The notes under the pieces are model-generated. The model was given only the letters and a program-made list of their open reading frames with translations, did no database searches and was not told where the DNA came from. Made by a program: the position numbers and the translations under genes. Shown here in pieces: positions 1 to 6,953 of a stretch of DNA of 42,555 bases. Numbering within the stretch: position 1 is the first letter of the stretch; every line of letters starts with the position of its first letter. Source of the stretch: a virus. Taxonomy: Duplodnaviria > Caudoviricetes. The stretch is from IMG/VR virus record IMGVR_UViG_3300037124_000019, positions 1 through 42,555 of that record; one strand, written 5' to 3'.

Positions 1-127
1 AGAAGTGCGGTCGAGTGGAGCATCAACTCTTCCGCGATCGACCGAAGGGACAGCGAGCGAAGTTCGTCTGCTACAGGTGTCTTGGTGCTGAGGCTCCGAA
101 GCCGAGTGATGAGTTGCTCGAGCTGTC
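1..127. repeat. Direct terminal repeat, left copy (circular-assembly overlap)
   Basis: Identical to 42429..42555. The 127-bp length is typical of an assembler k-mer overlap. Confidence 0.95.
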
Positions 128-172
128 AGAGATAATCGAATCAGCTCTGGCCATCCCGAAGGAGGAGCTACA

Positions 173-391
173 ATGAAACGCTGGGTAGTACATGCAGAAG
201 GCACGATCACTCTAGTGACGGTTGTCGAAGCTGATTCGGAGAAAGAGGCTCGAGCGCTGGCACTCGAGAGGTCTCCTACTAGGCTGGGGTATCAGGCAGA
301 GATGGAAAGCGATGATACCGCTTGGGTGACGACTGGAGAGCTCGATTGCGATGTGCAGGAAGAGGACATTGTGTCGGTTGAGGAGTTGTAG
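173..391 (+). CDS. Small acidic hypothetical phage protein
   Basis: RBS GGAGGAG; ATGA overlap with the ORF that spans the circular junction. Confidence 0.75.
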   Translation: MKRWVVHAEGTITLVTVVEADSEKEARALALERSPTRLGYQAEMESDDTAWVTTGELDCDVQEEDIVSVEEL

Positions 392-401
392 GAGGAGCTG
401 C

Positions 402-428
402 ACTAAAACGTATTAGCTCATGGAGGTC
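402..428 (+). promoter_or_regulatory. 27-bp intergenic repeat, copy 1 (ACTAAAACGTATTAGCTCATRGAGGTC)
   Basis: 26/27 identical to 1816..1842. Both copies are intergenic and end in a GAGG RBS before an ATG. Confidence 0.6.
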
Positions 429-433
429 AAGCG

Positions 434-688
434 ATGAGTATGGGTTTGGCAAGAAGCCTTCACAGACGCAGGATAGATGTCTGTGATGAATGTGGTGAGG
501 ATATCCTGGACTACTTTAACGACCACTATGTTGGGTGGATTTTAGGGCGTCGTTGGGACTTGCACAAAGAGTGCTTCGACAAGCGCAGGTTGGACATGGA
601 CGACGACAGCCCATGTGCCATACATATATGGCAACGTATGGCAACATATGGCAATTGCACTACGTTGCCATATGTAAAGTTTTCATAG
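434..688 (+). CDS. Hypothetical protein, possible Zn-binding (CxxC...HxxC)
   Basis: RBS GGAGG; motifs CDEC and HKEC. Confidence 0.6.
   Translation: MSMGLARSLHRRRIDVCDECGEDILDYFNDHYVGWILGRRWDLHKECFDKRRLDMDDDSPCAIHIWQRMATYGNCTTLPYVKFS
616..676. repeat. TATGGCAA repeat cluster (3 direct copies at 10-bp period plus inverted copies)
   Basis: TATGGCAA at 627, 637 and 647; TTGCCATA at 665; TGCCATA at 616. Confidence 0.75.
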
Positions 689-708
689 CTAGACAGGAGA
701 GTAAACAG

Positions 709-1101
709 ATGAAGACCATCTACATCGCAGGACCGTTCCGTGGGAAGACACCATGGGACGTCGAGACCAATATCCGCAATGCGGAGACCTTTGGGTTGCA
801 TGTCGCCCGGCTCAATGCGATCCCAAGAATCCCCCACACCATGTATCGATTCTTCGAGGGCTCGTTGCCGGACGCGTTTTGGTTCGAGGCAGCCATGAGC
901 CTGTTGCGTGATTGCGACGCAATCTTGCTTATTCCTGGCTGGCAGCACTCGAGCGGCGCTATGGCTGAAAAGGCTGAGGCTGAGCGGTTGGGCAAGAAGG
1001 TGCTGTACAGTGTGACCGAGGTCGAGGAGTGGCTCGGTTGGGTAGTTGGAGGACCCAGGTTTCCAATTCAGGCAGCGAGCAGGTCCACCGATGTACCATA
1101 A
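709..1101 (+). CDS. DUF4406/DUF1937-like (nucleoside 2-deoxyribosyltransferase-like fold) protein
   Basis: IYIAGP...CDAILLIPGWQHSSGAMAE motif; RBS AGGAG before ATG 709. Confidence 0.8.
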   Translation: MKTIYIAGPFRGKTPWDVETNIRNAETFGLHVARLNAIPRIPHTMYRFFEGSLPDAFWFEAAMSLLRDCDAILLIPGWQHSSGAMAEKAEAERLGKKVLYSVTEVEEWLGWVVGGPRFPIQAASRSTDVP

Positions 1102-1122
1102 CGGCACAATGGAGGTCGAGAG

Positions 1123-1800
1123 ATGAAAAGGAGCTGGCCTAGGGCCGAGGTCGATTTGGCCCGCGTGGTCATTACCTACCTCAGAGATAATCAATGGGAC
1201 GTGTACCAAGAGGTGGAAGTCTTTGGCTGGGTAGCTGACATTGTCGCCGTCAATGGGCGGATGGTGTGGGTTATCGAAACGAAACGTAGTCTCACCTTTG
1301 AGGTCATCCAGCAAGCTGAGCGCTGGGGCAGGTATGCACACTACGTATCGATTGCTGTGCCAGAGGTCCGCCTGTCCGCCGGCCGCGAATTTGCTTATCG
1401 TGTTTGCGAGAAATTCGATGTAGGGGCAATGTCCGTCAGCAGCCCTCTTGGGTACCCGCCCAGCGGATATGTCAAGGAGAACGTGGTCTCACGTCTCAAC
1501 CGTAGAGCCATGGCCGACAGAATCCGTGATCGTCTCACCGATGCTCATCGTACCTACGCCGAAGCCGGCAATGCTGATGGACGACGGTGGAGCCCGTTCA
1601 AAGAAACCTGTGATCGTGTACGCATGGCTGTGGAACGACAGCCAGGTATCACGATGAAGGAGCTCCTCGACGGCATCACCACTCACTACGCATCGACAGC
1701 GTCGGCCAAGAGTTCCATTGCGTATTGGGCGCGACAGGGTAAGATTGATGGTGTGCGATGTGAGCTCGATGGACGACGGCTGAGATTTTTCCCAGAGTGA
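1123..1800 (+). CDS. PD-(D/E)xK nuclease-like protein with possible C-terminal winged helix
   Basis: VYQEV...ADIVAV...VIETK motif; RBS GGAGG. Confidence 0.7.
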   Translation: MKRSWPRAEVDLARVVITYLRDNQWDVYQEVEVFGWVADIVAVNGRMVWVIETKRSLTFEVIQQAERWGRYAHYVSIAVPEVRLSAGREFAYRVCEKFDVGAMSVSSPLGYPPSGYVKENVVSRLNRRAMADRIRDRLTDAHRTYAEAGNADGRRWSPFKETCDRVRMAVERQPGITMKELLDGITTHYASTASAKSSIAYWARQGKIDGVRCELDGRRLRFFPE

Positions 1801-1815
1801 ACAACTCCCCACTCA

Positions 1816-1842
1816 ACTAAAACGTATTAGCTCATAGAGGTC
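1816..1842 (+). promoter_or_regulatory. 27-bp intergenic repeat, copy 2
   Basis: Matches 402..428. Confidence 0.6.
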
Positions 1843-1870
1843 GCGAGATGAGAGGCAGGAGGAAAAAGAC

Positions 1871-2464
1871 GTGATAGTAGGCAAAGCCAAAACATCTAAG
1901 GACCCGGAGACCAATCGCAGACGGCAGGAGGCTGGTACGCCGCGGGGGTTGTTCGAGCAGTTGCACAGCGAGTGCCTCTTTACGGTCGATATATGCGCCG
2001 TGGCTCACAACGCGAAGCTGGTGCGCTACGTGTCTCCAAAAGAGAATGCTCTGACAGTCGCGTGGAACGCTGAAGGCCTCTCTTGGTTACCGAGATGTCC
2101 TTGTCGTAAGGCCGAGCGCGTCTGGTGCAATCCGCCGTACGATGATATCCCGAGCTGGCTCATACATGCGCTGGAGCCGGAGATTGCCGTGTACTTGCTG
2201 CCGGCGCGCACCGATCGCGATTGGTTTCGCCAGTGGAAGCCGCGAGCCGAGGTACATTGGTTCGTTGGCGAGAAGCCGCACCGGCGCTTGCAGTTCGAGC
2301 CGCCGCCAGGCTGCACCTACTCGAGCAATCCTGAATGTCACCTGCTGATGTGCTTTGGGCTAGGATTCATACCAGGTCGGGAGCGCTGGCGTAGCGGGCG
2401 TACATACGAGATGTTACCGAGGTTTCGTTTCGCAGGAGGAGCCAGAAATGGAGTGCAGTTGTAG
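1871..2464 (+). CDS. Phage DNA N6-adenine methyltransferase (Dam_MT-like)
   Basis: TP..LF, FTVDICA, VWCNPPY and LLPARTD..WF motifs. Confidence 0.85.
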   Translation: MIVGKAKTSKDPETNRRRQEAGTPRGLFEQLHSECLFTVDICAVAHNAKLVRYVSPKENALTVAWNAEGLSWLPRCPCRKAERVWCNPPYDDIPSWLIHALEPEIAVYLLPARTDRDWFRQWKPRAEVHWFVGEKPHRRLQFEPPPGCTYSSNPECHLLMCFGLGFIPGRERWRSGRTYEMLPRFRFAGGARNGVQL

Positions 2465-2523
2465 TGTTTAGGGGTCGACATTGTCACGGGTGAAATTGAC
2501 GAACGAGGAAATGAGGTGACAGC

Positions 2524-2904
2524 ATGAAACTGGTAGAAACAACCATTGGCGAGGTCCCCGTTGGAGGGACGTTCTATGGGAAGGGGTCAAAAGATAGATA
2601 CACAAAAATAGGTCGTGTCGCAGTACGTCCAGAAGAAGGTCCTGGCAAAGGGGATGTGTGGATTATGAAGGAAGACTCTACGGTTCTGGTCGAAGCGCCC
2701 CAGCCGCCTACATCTCAGCAAGATGAGATTTGGTACGACTCGCTTGCTGCCGCCCCTGTCAAAGAGCGGAAGCCGTGGCGCACGTGCTTTTTGTGCGAGT
2801 ACAGGCAGGACGAGGGTGCTTGCGATGACTGCGATGACTGCTACAGCGAATGGTCGCCTTGCAAACCAATGCTGGAGTGGCACAAGAGCCTGACCCCTCG
2901 GTGA
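2524..2904 (+). CDS. Hypothetical protein with Cys-rich C-terminus
   Basis: RBS GAGGTG; CxxC...CxxCxxC. Confidence 0.65.
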   Translation: MKLVETTIGEVPVGGTFYGKGSKDRYTKIGRVAVRPEEGPGKGDVWIMKEDSTVLVEAPQPPTSQQDEIWYDSLAAAPVKERKPWRTCFLCEYRQDEGACDDCDDCYSEWSPCKPMLEWHKSLTPR

Positions 2905-2941
2905 GCGCGACCACAGCTAGCTGCATTTTTTTTGTCGTTTT

Positions 2942-2977
2942 TGTTGAAGTCTCCGACAAAATCGGCGATAGTATATG
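2942..2977 (+). promoter_or_regulatory. Putative promoter TGTTGAA-N17-CGAYARTATATG, copy A
   Basis: Same bipartite motif and spacing at 8348..8383; upstream T-tracts; directly before ATG 2979. Confidence 0.6.
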
Positions 2978-2978
2978 T

Positions 2979-3398
2979 ATGGCGACGCAAGAGATGCAGC
3001 AAGCCTATCGACACGGCAAAGCCCATGCTGGCCAAGACATGATGGGCATCGCTTACGGGCCAGACGGTGAGCACTGGGGCCATTGGATGGAAGACCCGGT
3101 GCTGCGTCTGTTTTGGGGCGCTGGCTACGAAGAGGAGCAAATGCCTCGCTGGGTCGAAGCGGAGCGCTACGGGGATCTACCCGAAGCGGGTGTGTCACGC
3201 AACTACGCGGACGACAAGGCCGAGGATGGCGTGTCGGTGGCGCGGTTGCTCGACGGGAGCGATGATTACAATTGGATGATGGGTGCATGGGGTGAGGATA
3301 GCGCCTACGCACGCCCCGTCCGCAAAGTAGCGGGGTGGCTGAACTACAATAGAGGCAGTGATGGCGAGCCGCTGTTGGTCGGCGCCATTCAACTTTAA
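2979..3398 (+). CDS. Hypothetical protein (probably leaderless start)
   Basis: ATG 2979 follows the promoter motif with no RBS; RYG..P..G.SRN...EDGVSV and GSDGEPLL segments look protein-like. Confidence 0.7.
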   Translation: MATQEMQQAYRHGKAHAGQDMMGIAYGPDGEHWGHWMEDPVLRLFWGAGYEEEQMPRWVEAERYGDLPEAGVSRNYADDKAEDGVSVARLLDGSDDYNWMMGAWGEDSAYARPVRKVAGWLNYNRGSDGEPLLVGAIQL

Positions 3399-3432
3399 AG
3401 AGACGATGACACAGACACAGGAGACGAAGACG

Positions 3433-3723
3433 ATGACACAAGCAGAGATCACCAAAGCTATCCTCAGCAGCCGCCATGCAGCCCGCACCAAAGTCGAGAA
3501 GACCTTCCGCGCCATCAGCCCGGACCTGGCCGACTGCTGGCACGCGGAACAGCCGAATGAGCCGGTGGGCGTAATCCGCGCTGCCGTCGAGGCCGGTGAG
3601 GACTACGAGGCGGTGGCCTACAGCGCACTGGCCGACACCGCGCGTAGCTGGTGTGACGAGGTCGCGTCCGAATGCGACGGCCCCACACAGACCAAAATTG
3701 CTGCTGCCAAGGCGGCGCTGTAA
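3433..3723 (+). CDS. Hypothetical protein
   Basis: RBS CAGGAG before ATG 3433 (alternative ATG 3406); the stop abuts hairpin repeat 1. Confidence 0.7.
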   Translation: MTQAEITKAILSSRHAARTKVEKTFRAISPDLADCWHAEQPNEPVGVIRAAVEAGEDYEAVAYSALADTARSWCDEVASECDGPTQTKIAAAKAAL

Positions 3724-3795
3724 GGCAGTAGCCAGTCTGCCGCGCTCTCCAGCCCCGCGGGCCGGAGGGCTAGGCAGCGCTATCGCTGATAGGAG
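3724..3795 (+). ncRNA. Structured intergenic repeat, copy 1 (long imperfect hairpin plus RBS)
   Basis: GGCAGTAGC-CAGT-CTGCC-GC-GCTCTCC...GGAGGGC-TA-GGCAG-C-GCTATCGCT-GATAGGAG; three copies with stem-preserving changes. Confidence 0.7.
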
Positions 3796-3801
3796 CAAAT
3801 C

Positions 3802-3972
3802 ATGGAGACCATAGCGGCAGGAAGCGGAAGAGGGTTCACGGTCGAACTCGGGAAGGCGTTTGGCAAGTATTCCGTCTACGTCAATGGCGAGCGTTTTTAT
3901 GGTCCGACGCCTGACCACGACAAAGCTGTCACTGAGTACACCATATTACTCCGCAGGTACACCGGGCAGTAG
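3802..3972 (+). CDS. 56-aa hypothetical protein (METIAAGSGRGF...RRYTGQ), below the ORF-track cutoff
   Basis: Translated by hand; RBS supplied by repeat 1, stop TAG inside repeat 2. Confidence 0.75.
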   Translation: METIAAGSGRGFTVELGKAFGKYSVYVNGERFYGPTPDHDKAVTEYTILLRRYTGQ

Positions 3973-4039
3973 CCAGTCTGCCACGCCTTCCAGCCCGCCC
4001 GCGGGCCGGAGGGCTAGGCAGCGCTACCGCTGATAGGAG
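3965..4039 (+). ncRNA. Structured intergenic repeat, copy 2
   Basis: Near-identical to copies 1 and 3. Confidence 0.7.
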
Positions 4040-4048
4040 ACAAAGACG

Positions 4049-4528
4049 ATGAGCAGAGACATCCCAAAGTGTTCTAAGTGCGGCTGCTCAGCCATCGACC
4101 ATGTAGTCGACGATGAAGAGAGACGTGAGTGTTGCTTGTGTGAATGCGAGCAATTCGAAGCCCCCTCATCAATGGACACCATTTCGCTAGCTGCGAAAGT
4201 CGCACACGAAGTAAATCGCGCCTACTGCGAGTCTATTGGCGATGACAGCCAAGTCCCGTGGACCGAGGCGCCTGACTGGCAGAAACAATCTGCCGTGGAA
4301 GGAGTGAGAGCTATATCTGCAGACCCATGTCTATCGCCAGAATCCATCCATGGTCTGTGGTGTAAAGACAAAATGGCAGACGGGTGGGTATACGGGCCGA
4401 AAAAAGATGCCGAAGCGAAAACCCATCCATGTCTGGTGCCGTACATCGACCTCCCAAAAGAGCAGCAGACCAAAGATGCGCTATTTAGCGCAGCTGTGAG
4501 ATCTGTACTAGGCGTCGACGGGCAGTAG
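4049..4528 (+). CDS. RyR-domain phage protein with N-terminal Cys/His cluster
   Basis: H..W..DK.ADGWVYGP.KDAEAKTHPCLVPY.DLP.EQQ.KD motif; stop TAG inside repeat 3. Confidence 0.85.
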   Translation: MSRDIPKCSKCGCSAIDHVVDDEERRECCLCECEQFEAPSSMDTISLAAKVAHEVNRAYCESIGDDSQVPWTEAPDWQKQSAVEGVRAISADPCLSPESIHGLWCKDKMADGWVYGPKKDAEAKTHPCLVPYIDLPKEQQTKDALFSAAVRSVLGVDGQ

Positions 4529-4593
4529 CCAGTCTGCCACGCTCTCCCGCCTGCGCGGGCCGGAGAGCTAGGCAGCGCTACCGCTGATAGGAG
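4521..4593 (+). ncRNA. Structured intergenic repeat, copy 3
   Basis: Near-identical to copies 1 and 2. Confidence 0.7.
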
Positions 4594-4602
4594 ACAAAGA
4601 CG

Positions 4603-4764
4603 ATGAAGAGAAAAAAGACTTCGTTGAGAGAGAAAAAGGCTTCGATCAAAGAACGCGGCCAGAATAATCCGGGCGGCAACTCCAAGTACGGCAGAAAGCA
4701 TGCATACTGCGCCAAGAACAAGGTTTGGGGGTTTGATGTACCTGAGCCGAAGCCCTGGAAATGA
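4603..4764 (+). CDS. 53-aa basic hypothetical protein (MKRKKTSLREKK...PEPKPWK)
   Basis: Translated by hand; RBS supplied by repeat 3; the stop abuts the hammerhead. Confidence 0.7.
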   Translation: MKRKKTSLREKKASIKERGQNNPGGNSKYGRKHAYCAKNKVWGFDVPEPKPWK

Positions 4765-4826
4765 GGCGAAACCGGGCTAGGCCCGGTCCGCGGGAATTGC
4801 CCTACCCGTGCTGACGTGCCAGGGCA
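4765..4826 (+). ncRNA. Type II hammerhead ribozyme, core variant CUGACGU
   Basis: GGC-GAAA; stem III ACCGGGC/GCCCGGT; GTC with cleavage after 4788; stem I CGCGGG/CCCGTG; core CTGACGT; stem II GCC/GGC; pseudoknot of loop I TGCCCT (4798..4803) with AGGGCA (4821..4826). Confidence 0.85.
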
Positions 4827-4842
4827 GACGAAGGAGACGCCA

Positions 4843-5037
4843 GTGAAAAAGACCTATCGCGCATGCTACTGGGTGGCTAATGACCGTCAGAGCGATGTAG
4901 TCCTGACGTGCGAGGCTCAAGCTAATCTCCCGGACGAGGATTTGCTCGCGATCGCGCGCCGCAATGCTCACGAGATCGGGCTGGACCTATCGACCGGCGA
5001 GCTCAAGGTCGGTGAGTGGCGACCGTTCAACCTGTGA
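4843..5037 (+). CDS. Hypothetical protein
   Basis: RBS AAGGAG before GTG 4843. Confidence 0.7.
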   Translation: MKKTYRACYWVANDRQSDVVLTCEAQANLPDEDLLAIARRNAHEIGLDLSTGELKVGEWRPFNL

Positions 5038-5050
5038 AGAGTGGCAATAG

Positions 5051-5641
5051 ATGATTCACAAGACGGCATACATCCACCCGACCGCCACCATCCACCCGTC
5101 TGCCCGCGTGGGCGCCTGGGCCTACGTTGGCGACGGGGCCCGCGTAGGTCTCGATGCTCGCATAGGACTAGGAGCTTGCGTGGGCGACGGGGCCATCGTA
5201 TGCGCAAGAACTCGCGTGGGCGCCAATGCTAGCGTGTGTAAGAGAGCCTACGTAGGCCCAGGCGCCATCGTGGGGGCTTTGGTTCGCGTGGGCGTTGATG
5301 CCCGCATAGGCGAGCTGGCTCGCATAGATGACGGAACCCTCGTGGGCGACGAGGCCAGCGTGGGCGACGGGGCCAGCGTGGGTGTCGGTGCTTACATAGG
5401 TAATAGAGCCAGTATTGGCCTCGGGGCTCACGTGGGAGACGGGTCTAGCGTGGGCGCCAATGCTGGCGTGGGCGTCGGAGCCCGCGTGGGCTATATGGTC
5501 TACATAGGCGACAGAGCATGTGTGGGAGACGGAGCTCGCGTGGGCGACGAGGCCAGCGTGGCCGCCGGTGCCCACGTAGCTGACGGTGCTGTCGTCGACG
5601 ACGGTACCTACGTCGGGCCCAAAGACGAAAGGACACCCTAA
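5051..5641 (+). CDS. Hexapeptide-repeat (left-handed beta-helix) protein
   Basis: About 30 tandem [IV]GxxAx hexapeptides; no obvious extra catalytic domain. Confidence 0.9.
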   Translation: MIHKTAYIHPTATIHPSARVGAWAYVGDGARVGLDARIGLGACVGDGAIVCARTRVGANASVCKRAYVGPGAIVGALVRVGVDARIGELARIDDGTLVGDEASVGDGASVGVGAYIGNRASIGLGAHVGDGSSVGANAGVGVGARVGYMVYIGDRACVGDGARVGDEASVAAGAHVADGAVVDDGTYVGPKDERTP

Positions 5642-5865
5642 TGCCGCCGCGCAGCTTTGATCATGGGACTCTCGAGCAGGTCATGAGCATGTTGCATAAG
5701 CCAAGGACTTTCGAGTACCTCCAACGTCAGCTCGGCGTTGACCGCAGTACGGTGTATGTGTGGTTGAAACGCGCACATGATGCGCAAAGCACAATAGAAG
5801 TAATCACTCGGCGAATTAATGGCGTCGTACATTACCAACTGATAAACTCTTGGAGGTTGCGGTGA
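5641..5865 (+). CDS. Small HTH DNA-binding protein
   Basis: LQRQLGVDRSTVYVWLK helix-turn-helix pattern. Confidence 0.7.
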   Translation: MPPRSFDHGTLEQVMSMLHKPRTFEYLQRQLGVDRSTVYVWLKRAHDAQSTIEVITRRINGVVHYQLINSWRLR

Positions 5866-6062
5866 GACAGAGACGTAATGATGACACCGTGGAGGTCGGA
5901 TATTGGTGGGTGCTTGTCCCGTCATACCGCATGGTCCCCGAGCCGCCAGGTGGCGATTGGCTACCTTTCCAGGTCGAATCACGAGAGGACCTCGGCCGTG
6001 TGCTTGTCTACTGCCGGCGCGAGCACCCATCAGAGATTGGCGATAGGGGGCTCCTAACATGA
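5850..6062 (+). CDS. Hypothetical protein
   Basis: Fills the gap; ATGA overlap with the next gene. Start uncertain. Confidence 0.55.
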   Translation: MEVAVRQRRNDDTVEVGYWWVLVPSYRMVPEPPGGDWLPFQVESREDLGRVLVYCRREHPSEIGDRGLLT

Positions 6063-6460
6063 CGACCTTCGATTTTCAGGATGGCAATGGCCCAGTCCCA
6101 GCTCACAAGCACCAGAATGGAGGTGGTTGGGTCGCCGACACGGCATTCGTCGATGAGACGGCCTACGTGGGACCCGACGCACGGGTCTACGACAACGCGC
6201 GGGTCTGCGACGATGCGGTGATCGCTGGCACTGCGCAAGTATTCGAAAGAGCGTGGGTCTACAACTCAGCAGTGATCTTCGACAACGCGCGGGTCTACGG
6301 CGCTTCGCACGTCTTTCACCACGCGCAAGTCGGCGGCAATGCGTGGGTAAGCGGTAATGCGCTGGTCTGCGGTAGTACGCAGATTGGTGGTAATGCAGTG
6401 GTCTGCGGCGACGCGCAAGTCGGCGGCGACGAAGTGGTCAAACAGGTGATTTTGACATAG
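6059..6460 (+). CDS. Hexapeptide-repeat (VxxNAx) beta-helix protein
   Basis: HKHQNGGGWVADTA.V N-terminus followed by VYDNAR-type repeats. Confidence 0.9.
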   Translation: MTTFDFQDGNGPVPAHKHQNGGGWVADTAFVDETAYVGPDARVYDNARVCDDAVIAGTAQVFERAWVYNSAVIFDNARVYGASHVFHHAQVGGNAWVSGNALVCGSTQIGGNAVVCGDAQVGGDEVVKQVILT

Positions 6461-6663
6461 TGAACCATTGGATCCACCATAAAAGCGGAAAAGGGAAAAC
6501 CCATCTCGTCCGTATAGTGGCGCATGGAGCGCCTCGGTCAGAAGATTTGTATGTTACAGCGTGCGGTTGGTATTATAGAAAAGACGAAGTCGTTGATGGG
6601 CAGAAAGGATTGAAGTGCCTAACATGTCTCAAAAGCAAGCGCGCATTGGAATTGTTCTCGTGA
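6460..6663 (+). CDS. Small putative Zn-finger protein
   Basis: H...TACG...CLTC. Confidence 0.6.
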   Translation: MNHWIHHKSGKGKTHLVRIVAHGAPRSEDLYVTACGWYYRKDEVVDGQKGLKCLTCLKSKRALELFS

Positions 6664-6953
6664 CCGCGTGGGTTGTATTCAACTGTGCTATGGTGTTGTT
6701 GGCCAATAATAGATTGATCGTCATCGGCAGTATTGCGTTGTCGACCACTTTGATTGGTATATGGATCGATACAGTCACGAAGCGCTGCGAGGCTGAGCGC
6801 AAGTCGTGTTGGTACTCTGTCAAATACGACGGAAGTTGGTACATCGTGGATGAGAGCACTCATAGCCAGCCAGTTGCGGTTGTACCTCGAGGTAAAGATA
6901 CGGCGGACGAGATTTGCCGGCTGAAGGGATTGAGCGATGAAAAGAAACCTTGA
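6615..6953 (+). CDS. Membrane protein with two predicted TM helices
   Basis: Two hydrophobic N-terminal segments; start uncertain (6615 or 6624). Confidence 0.6.
   Translation: MPNMSQKQARIGIVLVTAWVVFNCAMVLLANNRLIVIGSIALSTTLIGIWIDTVTKRCEAERKSCWYSVKYDGSWYIVDESTHSQPVAVVPRGKDTADEICRLKGLSDEKKP

Noticed and set aside
1-127. Biological direct terminal repeat
   Set aside because: The 127-bp length matches a common assembler k-mer and the repeat falls mid-ORF. It shows circularity, not the virion ends.
2917-3918. Long minus-strand ORFs (e.g. 2917..3918, 526..1341, 16659..17462, 36090..36881)
   Set aside because: Antisense shadows of well-supported + strand genes in GC-rich DNA, with no motifs or RBS.
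3724-4593. CRISPR array
   Set aside because: The repeats are ~72 nt, the intervening segments are 170-480 nt protein-coding ORFs, and there are no cas genes.
3724-4593. Canonical integron attC array, HDV-like ribozyme or intrinsic terminators
   Set aside because: There are no R'/R'' boxes, wobble pairs favour the top-strand RNA, and the recombinase is too short for IntI. An HDV P3/L3 pairing is not conserved across copies. No U-tract follows the hairpins.
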